A stretch of DNA of 32,089 nt from an uncultured Bifidobacteriaceae bacterium (GTDB lineage Bacteria > Verrucomicrobiota > Verrucomicrobiia > Limisphaerales > UBA11358), in assembly GCA_964413505.1 (NCBI GenBank), contig CAYPTV010000001.1:1-32089 (forward strand), read 5' to 3'. This document shows, piece after piece, positions 8,025 to 18,500 of the stretch (the first letter of the stretch is position 1; each line of letters opens with the position of its first letter). The notes below the pieces were generated by a model. It was not told the origin of the DNA and did no database searches. It saw only the letters and a program-made list of their open reading frames with translations. Both the position numbers and the translations under genes were made by a program.

Positions 8025-8600
8025 ATGAAATTTCCGTTCGGAAATCGTTTGGTCTCGGCGATGCGCACCCGCAACAGGTTTAGCCCGTTCCAAATCTGGT
8101 TGCATCAGCAAAAATCCTCGGGCTGCTTCATTGACCAACGGATTGACTTTACTGGCCGGTCTGATGGATATACATGGGTGCGAATTCATCCGGGTGCGGC
8201 TCTTGAGCGCGATATTACAATTTGGATTTCGCCTGACACAGGCGCACAGCCAGAACTCATATTGGGTGAAAAGGTTTTTATCGGCCGCAATACTTACCTT
8301 GGTGTCTATAAACCCGTCCACATTGGGAATTGTGTGCTTATCGGCGCTTATTGTTATCTGATTTCAGCAAACCACAACATTGAGCGGAGGGACATTCCAA
8401 TCCGTGATCAGGGTTTTACGGGAGCACCGATAGTAATCGAAGATGATGCATGGCTGGGCATCCATGTGGTGGTGTTGCCCGGAGTAACCATTGGACGAGG
8501 CGCGGTCATCGGCGCAGGCAGCGTGGTGACTTGCGATATTCCAGCGTGGGAGATATGGGGTGGCATTCCCGCACGTTTCATCAAGTCGCGTCCACAATGA
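8025..8600 (+). CDS. Left-handed beta-helix (hexapeptide-repeat) O-acetyltransferase
   Basis: IGRNTYLGVYKPVHIGNCVLIGAYCYL...IVIEDDAWLGIHVVVLPGVTIGRGAVIGAGSVVTCDIPAWEIWGGIPARFIK. The start is placed at ATG 8025 because the track's 7923 start overlaps wzt. Confidence 0.8.
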   Translation: MKFPFGNRLVSAMRTRNRFSPFQIWLHQQKSSGCFIDQRIDFTGRSDGYTWVRIHPGAALERDITIWISPDTGAQPELILGEKVFIGRNTYLGVYKPVHIGNCVLIGAYCYLISANHNIERRDIPIRDQGFTGAPIVIEDDAWLGIHVVVLPGVTIGRGAVIGAGSVVTCDIPAWEIWGGIPARFIKSRPQ

Positions 8601-9700
8601 AAGCAAACCGGGCAATTTTTACAATCGTCACCAAATCCTATCTGGCTTATGCCAGGGTGATGGCAAAGGAACTGCGCGCGCGTCATCCTGAAATTCTTTT
8701 TTATGTCTTTCTGGCCGATCGTCCTGATGGTTGTTTCCAGCCCGAACAAGAACCGTTCACCATCATCCCGCTGGCGGATTTTTTCCCTGCAGAATTGCTG
8801 CCGACGATGCCGGGCTACTATACGGCCTATGAGTTTTGCAATGCACTCAAACCGTTTGCCCATATTCATCTTGCCACCAAAACCGGAGCGGAACGATGGC
8901 TATATCTCGATTCGGACATATTTGCGTGCGGTAGTTTTGATTCCCTTTTTGAGGAACTTGACGACTGTTCGATTTTGCTGACCAGCCATATTCTTAAACC
9001 AGTTAAGATCGGGATTTCGGAACGAACGGAGTTGAATATTTTGAGTGCTGGCATTTATAACGGGGGGTTTGTCGGTCTAAAAAGAACGGAAGTGACGATG
9101 AGTTTTTTACTTTGGTGGAGGGAGCGGCTGATCTGGCATTGTCTGCATGATGTGCGTGGTTTGGAAGTTGATCAAACCTGGCTGAATTTCGTGCCGTCGC
9201 TTTTCCCTGAGGTAAAAGTTCTAAAAAATCCGGAGGTCAATGTGGCCTATTGGAACTTCCATGATCGCGAACTGGAACTGGATGCCAATGGAGACGTGAG
9301 GGTGGCTGGAAGGAGAATTCCCTTTTTTCATTTCAGCGGCTGGGATTGGAACGCGCCAGATAAGATTTCAAAGCATGCCTCGCCAGACTTGGGAAATTCC
9401 GCCCAAGCGTGGAATCATCTCCGTGACGCGTATTTGCGACGTTTGATTGAGGAATCAGTGCAAATCAGCAGCGCATGGCCGTATTCCTTTGGCAAAACAA
9501 CTGGCGGCCAGGACATTTCTTCCTCCGCGCGCCGCAATTTTTTAAGTTATTGCCGAAAACACAGTGGGCAGCCACTCGAGGTTAATATTTTTTCCAATCC
9601 CGAGTTCTTTCGCGACCCGCCACCGAAGCCCATATCGTTGAAAGATGCCTCAACGATTTTTATTGGGGCGCTGCTTCGAGCATCAGGCTTAAGAAAGTGA
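8597..9700 (+). CDS. Putative GT-A fold glycosyltransferase (GT8-like, DxD = DSD)
   Basis: IFTIVTKSYLAYARVMAKEL...WLYLDSDIFACGSF...YNGGFVGLKR...VDQTWLNFVP...VAYWNFHDR...IPFFHFSGW. The ATG at 8597 overlaps the upstream stop (ATGA). The track's 8450 start lies inside the previous gene. Confidence 0.6.
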   Translation: MKANRAIFTIVTKSYLAYARVMAKELRARHPEILFYVFLADRPDGCFQPEQEPFTIIPLADFFPAELLPTMPGYYTAYEFCNALKPFAHIHLATKTGAERWLYLDSDIFACGSFDSLFEELDDCSILLTSHILKPVKIGISERTELNILSAGIYNGGFVGLKRTEVTMSFLLWWRERLIWHCLHDVRGLEVDQTWLNFVPSLFPEVKVLKNPEVNVAYWNFHDRELELDANGDVRVAGRRIPFFHFSGWDWNAPDKISKHASPDLGNSAQAWNHLRDAYLRRLIEESVQISSAWPYSFGKTTGGQDISSSARRNFLSYCRKHSGQPLEVNIFSNPEFFRDPPPKPISLKDASTIFIGALLRASGLRK

Positions 9701-9766
9701 AATTGTGCTGGCAAACCAGATTAAGTTTCTGAAAACAATCGTTGAAGTCTGTTCGTTGTCTAGAGC

Positions 9767-11038
9767 ATGAAAAAGCTACGCATTGCCTTATGGAACAATC
9801 TGCCCAGCGGCGGTGGCAAGCGCGCATTCTTTGAGATGGCATCCGGGTTGGTGGGAAAAGGCCATCATCTGGAATCGTGGTGTCCGCCCACGGCGCACCG
9901 GAGTTATCTTCCGCTTGAAGGCATGATGCGGGAGAATGTGGTCGCTTATGACATCCCGAGTTTTAAGCAGAATCGCTTTTTGGCAAGGATTGGGGTTGCC
10001 GACCGCAGTATCCAGAATAAGTTTGCGGCCATGGACCGGCATTGCCGTGAATGTGCCGGGGGCATCAATGCAGGGGGGTTCGACGTTTTGCTGGCCACCA
10101 ACTGCTGGGACTTTGCGGTGCCACCCATCGGCAGGCATGTCCGCATTCCCAAGGTCATTTATCATGGGGAGCCAAGGAGGCATCTCTATGAAGCGCGACC
10201 AAAACTTCCGTGGGTGGCACGCCCCGCAGCAGAGAATGGTTTCTGGCCGCTTCCAAAATTGCGCCGACAGATCGTGGATCATAGCTCGATCGTCCTCAAA
10301 CGGATTGAACTTCGGGAAGAGCTGGACAGCGTCAGCGCCTTTGACCTGATTTTGGTGAACTCCGCCTTTAGCCGCGAAACCATGCTTCGCAGTTATGGAT
10401 TGGACTCGCGCGTCTGCTATCTGGGAATCAACACGCAACTTTTCAAGTCCACCGGAACTGCCCGGGAAGGTTACGTTGTCGGTCTGGGCGGATTTCAACG
10501 GCATAAAGGCATTGATACTGCGATTGCCGCGCTGGCAACCATCCCGTCGCCGGAACGACCCAAACTGCTCTGGATCGGCAATCTCTTGGATGACAGCTAC
10601 CGCAACGAGATGATTGCTCTTTCGAAGAATCTCGAAGTGAATCTTGAATGCCGCCAATTAGTTTCCGATGAAGAATTGGTAGATTGCCTCAACCGGGCAG
10701 CACTGATGATTTACACTTCACGGCTGGAACCGTTTGGTTTTGCGCCGCTGGAAGCGAACGCTTGCGGAACGCCTGTCGTGGCCGTTGCCGAAGGGGGCGT
10801 TCGCGAAACCGTGCAACACGAAGTCAATGGACTGCTTGTTCCCGATCGTGATGCCAAAGCACTGGGTGCAGCCGTGCAGCGACTGCTGAAAGATTGTTCA
10901 TTGGCACGCCAACTCGGAGAAACGGGATTAAAACTGGTTCGCGAGGTCTGGAATTGGGAATCGTCCATGGAGCGACTTGAGGAATCGTTGTTCGAGGTCA
11001 TAGCAGTTAAAAACCAAGTTTCGCCAACGAAGTCCTAG
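9767..11038 (+). CDS. Glycosyltransferase family 4 (GT-B)
   Basis: C-terminal EX7E region YTSRLEPFGFAPLEANACGTPVVAVAEGGVRETVQHEVNGLLV. Confidence 0.85.
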   Translation: MKKLRIALWNNLPSGGGKRAFFEMASGLVGKGHHLESWCPPTAHRSYLPLEGMMRENVVAYDIPSFKQNRFLARIGVADRSIQNKFAAMDRHCRECAGGINAGGFDVLLATNCWDFAVPPIGRHVRIPKVIYHGEPRRHLYEARPKLPWVARPAAENGFWPLPKLRRQIVDHSSIVLKRIELREELDSVSAFDLILVNSAFSRETMLRSYGLDSRVCYLGINTQLFKSTGTAREGYVVGLGGFQRHKGIDTAIAALATIPSPERPKLLWIGNLLDDSYRNEMIALSKNLEVNLECRQLVSDEELVDCLNRAALMIYTSRLEPFGFAPLEANACGTPVVAVAEGGVRETVQHEVNGLLVPDRDAKALGAAVQRLLKDCSLARQLGETGLKLVREVWNWESSMERLEESLFEVIAVKNQVSPTKS

Positions 11039-11062
11039 CTTTCATTTTTTAGTTTTTGTCAT

Positions 11063-12016
11063 GTGATTTCAGATACACTCATCCCGCCGGTTCCAGAGGA
11101 CGGAAAACTGCGCCAGTTCTGGTCAGTGATGATTCCGGCCTACAATCCAAACAGGGATTATCTGGAGCAGACATTAAGGAGTGTTCTTGTCCAGGATTCC
11201 GGTTCGGCGCAAATGCAGATCGAGGTGGTGGATGATTGTTCGCCCAAGGTGGACGTGGCGGCGATGGTGCGGGAAATCGCCGGGGATCGAATCAAAGTTT
11301 CGCAAACGTCCAAGAACCTTGGCCTGGCCGGTTGCTGGAACACCTGCATAGAGCGTTCTCGTGGCGAATGGGTGCATATCCTGCATCAGGATGATTATGT
11401 CTTGCCCGAATTTTATCAAACACTGGCAAAGACGGCAGGGCGTCATCCGGAGATTGGCCTGCTCGCGACGCGTTCATTTTTTATAGATCATGAAAATACA
11501 ATTCTAGGGGTCACGCCCCGGTTATGCGGAATGGAAAATGGCTCGCGTAAAGCAGACGATTTCTTTTACGGCACACCGATTCAATGTCCCGGGGTGGTTG
11601 TGAAACGATCTGTCTATCAAGCGCATGGAGGGTTCAGGTCGGATTTGATATTTACCCTGGACTGCGAAATGTGGGCGCGGGTTATCAGCAACGCGGGCGG
11701 ATTGGTTACATCAGCAGTGTTAGCCTGTTATCGTTCTTCGGATGGCAATGAAACCAGCCGATTAAAACGATATGGCAAAGATCTGCACGACTACGAACGG
11801 TTGAACCAGCTTTTTGCATCCCGCTACCCGAGTTTTTCAGCAAGGCGTGCTCGAGAACGGATGTGCGACATGGCGTTGGGGCAAGCGTTGCAATTTTCAT
11901 TGGCAGGTGACCACGCCTCCTCCAAGGCTAATTCAGCCTATTGGAGGCAAAATGCAACGGCCAAGTTGTGGTTTCGCCGGCTGACGCAAAAGCTGGAGCG
12001 AACTTTGTTCAAATAA
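11063..12016 (+). CDS. Glycosyltransferase family 2
   Basis: WSVMIPAYNPNRDYLEQTLRSVLVQ...QIEVVDDCS...ILHQDDY. The start is a GTG at 11063; ATG 11129 is the alternative. Confidence 0.8.
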   Translation: MISDTLIPPVPEDGKLRQFWSVMIPAYNPNRDYLEQTLRSVLVQDSGSAQMQIEVVDDCSPKVDVAAMVREIAGDRIKVSQTSKNLGLAGCWNTCIERSRGEWVHILHQDDYVLPEFYQTLAKTAGRHPEIGLLATRSFFIDHENTILGVTPRLCGMENGSRKADDFFYGTPIQCPGVVVKRSVYQAHGGFRSDLIFTLDCEMWARVISNAGGLVTSAVLACYRSSDGNETSRLKRYGKDLHDYERLNQLFASRYPSFSARRARERMCDMALGQALQFSLAGDHASSKANSAYWRQNATAKLWFRRLTQKLERTLFK

Positions 12017-12105
12017 TCATTCCGGATGACGCAGACGAAGCGGATAAATATCAAGAAAATCCGCGTTCATCAGTGAAATCTGTGGATTCAAAAGGGTATC
12101 GCCCG

Positions 12106-12437
12106 CAAAACACTTCGTAAAACTGTCAAAACGATTTGTGATTGGAGCATAACGATTCATGTCGCGGACAAATCCCTTCGTATTTGCCTCAAAACACTGT
12201 TATGCGCTGGCTAAAATCTTTTGTTCGGGAACAAAACACTGTTGTTATGTGCAAAACACTTTTGTATGGAGCCGGATACGATTTGTTTGCGGCAGAACAC
12301 TTTTACTTTGGGACAAAACACTGTTGTTCCGGCCCAAAATGAAAGTGTTTCAGTCAAAACACTGTTGTTCCGGTGTAAAACACATCGTCTTTGAAGCCAT
12401 TCAATTCATGTTTGCGCAAAAACTGGGATTATCTTGT
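12106..12437 (+). repeat. Degenerate tandem array of about 16 units of 20-21 bp (core CAAAACACTGTTGTT)
   Basis: Units start at 12106, 12127, 12148, 12169, 12190, 12211, 12232, 12252, 12273, 12293, 12314, 12335, 12355, 12376, 12397 and 12417. caaaacactgttgttccgg is identical at 12314-12332 and 12355-12373. Confidence 0.85.
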
Positions 12438-12550
12438 TCACAAACAATGCTGGTAGGGCGCGTCACTTGTATCTTGTATTTTATCTTCCTTGTTTGGCGA
12501 CAGCCAAACGGGAAGTTATGTGCATAATCTCACATCAGTGCCAAAAATGC

Positions 12551-12578
12551 TTGAAAATTTCCTCATTTTGTGTATTTT
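12551..12578 (+). promoter_or_regulatory. Candidate sigma70-like promoter for the giant gene
   Basis: TTGAAA (12551-12556), a 16-nt spacer, then TATTTT (12573-12578) with TG immediately upstream. If used, it excludes the GTG 12570 start and gives a very short leader to ATG 12594. This is a pattern match only. Confidence 0.25.
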
Positions 12579-12593
12579 ACAAGGCATAATTTC

Positions 12594-15500
12594 ATGCAAC
12601 AATTGACAAAGCCAAGGCTGTTTTGCTGCATAAAACGTTTTCTGACGGTTGCTGCGGTTATCCTCGCATTTCAAGCGGTGCTGACACGCGGTGGGCTTCC
12701 CAATCCTGTTGTGCCCATCACATGGAATGGTGCCGCAAGCGGTTTGCCCAACGGGAACTGGGATATTCTTAACACCGCAAACTGGGTCACCACCTCGGGA
12801 GGCGCGCCTTACGAATATCAGGACACGAGCGCGGTGACGTTCGATGATTCGCTGGCCGGCACCACCAATGTCATCCTGACTACGACGCTTTCACCCGGCA
12901 GCATCACGGTGAACAACACGCTTTCAAATTATGTGTTCAGCGGCTCGGGCAAAATCAGCGGGACAACCGGCTTGACAAAAACCGGCAGCGGCACATTGGT
13001 TGTGGACAACAGCGGCTCGAATGCTTTCAGCGGCAGTGTCACCATCAGTGCCGGGACAATCCAGATTGGCAACGGCGACGCCAGCGGAAACCTGCCGGGT
13101 GCGGTGATTGACAACGGTTCATTGATCTTCAACCGTGGCGATACCAGCCTCACCCATGCGGGCGTCATTTCTGGAACCGGCACGGTGTTCAATAACGGCA
13201 GTGGCACGGTGACTTTGAGCGTTGCCAACACCTTTACTGGCGGGCTCACCCTTAACAACGGCACGTTGATGGTCAACAGCACCGGCAATGGCAGCACTTC
13301 GTTGGGTGGCGTGGCCAACAACACCAGTTCAACCGCTGCCGCCAATGTGACCGTCAACGCCGGTGCCACCCTGGTGGGACTTGGTGCCGATGCATTTGGT
13401 TACTATCCGCATACAGCACCCGGAACCATCTTCATCAACGGTGGAACCGTTACGGACGTTGGAACCTCCAGTTATCGTATCACGCTGCCAAATCTGACCT
13501 TCACCGGCGGCACACTGGCCAGCGCCGCAGGGAATGCCGGCGACGCCAATGGGAATTACTCACTGTATGGCACCGGAGCGCCGTGCACCATAACCACCTT
13601 GAGCAACAACACAACGGCGGTCATCAGTGCTGGAATAATAACTTTGCAGCAGAACAATCAACCCACCGGAACGACCGCCTTCAATGTCGCTGCTGGCAAT
13701 GTCACCGGTGGAATGACTCCCGGAGTGGATTTACTCGTGTCTTCAGTCATTGCAAATTTCGGCGCTGAAGTGGGCAGCGTTCTAAAAACCGGTTCGGGCG
13801 TCATGGCTTTGGATTCAACCAACCTCTACACCGGCACGACGACTGTCAGCGGCGGGACGCTACAGTTGGGCACGACCAATGACACGGCTGTGTTGGCCGA
13901 GCCCGTGGGCACAGGAGCGGTAACCAACAATGCCATCCTGAATTTTGCCAGCGGCCAGGGGGTCGCCGTCCACAACATCATCAGCGGCACTGGCGCGGTG
14001 GTGGTGAGCAGCGGAACCAACATCCTTACGGCCACGAACACCTATGCTGGGAATACGATGGTGAAAGCGGGCATACTGTTGTTGACTGGCAGCAGCTCGA
14101 TAGCCAACAGTCCGACCATCACGTTAGCGAGTGGCGCAACATTTGATGTGTCCCAGCTGGCCAGTCCGTTCACCGTGGGCGCGGGCCAGACTTTGGGCGG
14201 CAGCGGAATCATTTCAGGGAACGTGATTGTCAATGGAAAGCTCCAGACCGGCGTGACCAATACAATTAACGGGAATCTCACTTACAATACCGGAACCGAG
14301 GCGGATTTTAATTTAAACACCAGCGCCACGGGCGGAGGCAATGATCAGACAGTCTTGAATGGCGCTGGCAGCATCCTGTCTTGCGGCGGAGCGAGCATCG
14401 GCATCAATTGCGGCGCAATCCTGGATCAGGCAAATGATTACACGCTCTTCAACCTGACCGGCGGCTCGGCCAGCATCGTGAGCAATTTCAATGTCATGCC
14501 AGTCTGGACTGGAACGACTCCGGCCAATGCCAGTTCCTATGGTATTGTGATCTTGCGAAACAAAGTCCTGCTTCACTTTAATTCCACTGGCACGACAAAT
14601 CTACCGGTGGTTACGAACCTTCCGGCCTCAAACATTGCTGCAACGACTGCGACTTTGAACGGCCAGGTGCTTTCGACGGGCGGCCAGTATCCGGCGGTCA
14701 ACATTTATTACGGCACAACCGATGGCGGGACAAATCCGGCGGCGTGGGCAACGAATGTTTCTTTGGGGTTGCAAACCGGATCCTTTGCCGCGGCGGCTTT
14801 CAACCTGACTACAAACACCACCTACTACTTCACCACTTCAGCCTCAAACTCGGCGGGCATGGCCTGGGCTACGCCTTCACAGTCATTCACCACGACGGTG
14901 GCGAGCGTGGCCGTGGCAACAAACCTGCCGGCTTCAAATGTGCAGGGCAGCTCGGCAATCCTGAACGGCCAGATTCTCTCCATCGGCAGTCAAGTCCCAA
15001 CAGTGACCTTGTATTATGGCCCGACCGATGGCGGAACCAATGCCTCAAACTGGGCGAACAATGTTTATCTCGGCCAGCAGGGCGGAAACTTTATCGTCAC
15101 AGTCACCGGCCTGTCCACCAACACGACTTATTATTATGCTGCAGCCGCCACAAACATCGCCGGCACGGCCTGGGCCAGCCCTTCAGCCAACTTCACCACA
15201 CTGCCGACGGCTCTCGTAGTTTCGGTGCTGACCTATCATTATGACAATGCGCGAACCGGGGCCAACACCAACGAGACATTGCTGACACCTTCGATTGTCA
15301 ACACGAACAGCTTCGGTCTATTGATCAAGTATGTGGTGGACGGGTTTGTTGTCGCTCAGCCATTGTATGTGCCAAGCGTGGCCATTCCCGGGCAAGGCAC
15401 TCATAACGTCGTGTTTGTGGCGACCGAGAATGCCAGTATTTATGCCTTTGACGCGGACGGCAACACGGCGGTAAATGGCGGATTATTATGGCACACCAAC

Positions 15501-18500
15501 CTGGGGATAGTGCCTTTACTCAGCAATGGTGAATTTGGCTATCGTTATGGAATCGGTAATGGCCTCAACATAGGTTATTATGAACAGGGCATCACCGACA
15601 CGCCTGTCATCGACCCTGTTTCTGGAACGATTTATGTGGATGTTCTTACGCGTGAAGTCACGACAACAACGAATTATTACCATCGTATCCACGCCTTGAG
15701 CATCACCAACGGCATGGAACAATCCTACAGCCCGGTGGTGGTCACTGCTTCGGTTCCTGGAACCGGCATGGACAGCTCGAACGGAGTGGTGACATTTAAT
15801 GCCAAGCAACAAAACCAACGCCCCGGACTGACGCTTGCCGGCGGAATTTTATACGTCGCCTATGGCAGTTTTAACGACACCGATCCGTTTCATGGCTGGG
15901 TCATGGGTTTCAACGCCACCAATCTCGTTCAATTGACCAACTGCATTTTCAACACCACGCCCAACGCGACGACAAATGTATTTGGCCCAAATGCCGGTGA
16001 AGGTGCGCTGTGGATGGGCGGTGATGGATTATGCGTGGACGCCAACAACAACCTCTTTTTTCAAACGGGCAATGGCAGCTTCAGCGCAAATACCAACGGC
16101 GGGGATTACGCTGACAGCATGATCAAGCTCTCCACGTCCAATTCACTGGCGGTGGCCGACTATTTCACCCCCTACAATCAGCTCACGCTGGCCAACTTCG
16201 ACATTGATCTTGGCTCGTGCGGCGCTGTCTTGTTGCCAGACTCGGTCGGGAGCACGAACCATCCGCATCTGATCGTGTCAACCGGCAAAAGCGGAACGAT
16301 TTATCTCGTGGACCGGGATAACATGGGACATTACCACGGCACTGATGGCATCAACGGAAATGACAGCCAGATTGTGCAATCCGTGATTGGTGCGACCGCA
16401 AGCACATGGAGTTCCCCCGCCTATTTCAACAACCAGATTTATCTGCAGCCCAGCAGCGCCGCAATGAAGGCATTCATTATCACCAATGGCGTCATTGTCC
16501 CATCGATCACCTCCGTGGCTGCGGCGGGCGTTGGCCTGGTTAACGGCGGGCCGATCATTTCCGCCAACGGCGCAAGCAATGGGATTGTCTGGGTGCTGAA
16601 TAACAACTCTGGTGGCGGCACGGAGACATTGTATGCCTGCACCGCCAACAATATCGCACAGCAGCTCTACAACAGCAGCCAGCTTTCGCGGGACAATCCA
16701 GGCTTCGGGATAAAGATGACCACACCCATGGTGGCCAACGGGAAGGTGTATGTCGGGGCGCAGTATGCGTTGTCGGTGTATGGATTGACGACATTTGTGG
16801 CGACGCCCACCATCTCGCCCAACGGCATCGCATTCACCAATTCAGTGACGGTGACATTGAGCGACGCGACGGCGGGCACGGCGATCTATTACACCCTGAA
16901 CGGCACTATCCCGACGACGAATTCGCTGCTATACACAGGGCCCTTTGCCATCACCACCACGTTGAACTTGCAGGCCATCGCGGTAAAATCCGGTGCGGTG
17001 AACAGCGGGGTGGCGTCTGCCTCTTTTGTCAACACGGCCGCCTTGGGCAGCGGCATCGGATTGCTGGGCCAATACTGGACGAACACGAGTGCGCTGGCGT
17101 TCACGAATATTTCATTCAACACTGCGGCGACATTGACGCGGACGGACGCGGTGGTGAACTACAATTGGAGCACGAACGGGCCTGATCCCAGCATTGGGCA
17201 GACGAACTTCATCGCCAGCTGGACCGGGTCGGTGCAGCCGCAATACAGCGAGACCTACACCTTCACCACCGTTGCGGATGACGGGGTGCGTCTGTGGGTC
17301 AACGGGCAGTTGTTGATTGACGACTGGAACACTCATTCATCTACGACGACCAACAGCGGGAGCATCTCGCTCAATGCGCAGGAGCTTTACAACATCCAGA
17401 TGGATTATTTCCAGGGCGGCAGCAACGCCGTGGCACAACTGATGTGGAGCAGTCTCTCCGCGGCACAAAACATCATTCCGCAGACACAACTTTATCCCTA
17501 CACGAACTCGCCGCCGGCGGTCGTGCTTTCAAGCCCGGCGAACAACTCAAGTTACACCGCGACGGCGAGCGTGACGATCGGCGCGAATGCGGATGCGGCC
17601 TATAATCCAATCAGCGCGGTGAGTTTCTACGCCAACGGCGTTTTGCTGGGCACGGTGAGCAACAGCCCCTACGCACCGCTTTACGAACTGACGGCAACGG
17701 GGCTTGGCGCGGGCAGTTATGCGTTGACGGCGGTGGCCACGGACGGGAGCGGATTGTGCAGCACGTCGGCGTCGGTGAACATCACGGTCAACGCTGGGAG
17801 CGGAGCGCCCTACGGACTGACAAACACCGTTCCGGTCTCCGCGTTCCTGAACATGCCGACGACCTTCAACGGGGCATTGCCGGCATTGCTCTCAGGAACG
17901 GGAGCATTCAGCGACACCACCAACCGCATACCAGCTGGCGGATTGATTCCCTACCAGCCCAACACGCCGCTGTGGTCGGACGGCGCGGTCAAGAGCCGGT
18001 ATATGGTGGTGCCCAATCCCGCTCCGAGCGGGAGCGGGACGATCACGCCTGATCAGCAAATCGCCTTTGCACCGACCAACAACTGGACGTTCCCTGCGGG
18101 GACTGTGTTTGTGAAGAACTTCGACCTTGTGGTGGACCAGACCAGCACGAACACGCCCCTGCGCCGGCTGGAGACTCGTTTGCTGGTGCGGAACATCAAC
18201 GGAGCGGTGTATGGCGTGACCTACAAGTGGCGTCCGGACAACAGCGATGCCGATCTGCTCTCAAGCAGCCTGACGGAGAACATCTTGATCACCAATGCTA
18301 CAGGTGTGAGCACTCAGGCTTGGTATTACCCCAGCCCTGCGGACTGCCTGACCTGCCACACGCCCGTGGCCAATTATGTGCTGGGCGTCAACACACGGCA
18401 GTTGAACGGCAGCCTGACCTATCCCGCCACCGGTGTCACGGACAACCAGCTGAGGACATTGAACCATCTGGGCCTGTTCAACCCGGCGTTCGACGAATCA

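Noticed and set aside
12106-12437. CRISPR array
   Set aside because: The 21-bp units are directly contiguous with no spacers and are degenerate rather than near-identical. No cas genes are present in the window.
12142-12527. ORFs 12142-12342 (66 aa) and 12159-12527 (122 aa, Cys-rich with KHCC-type heptad repeats) as small proteins
   Set aside because: The peptide periodicity is a by-product of the 21-nt (7-codon) DNA repeat. The region is AT-rich and unlike local coding DNA. The two ORFs overlap in different frames and have no recognisable family. They stay rejected unless Ribo-seq says otherwise.
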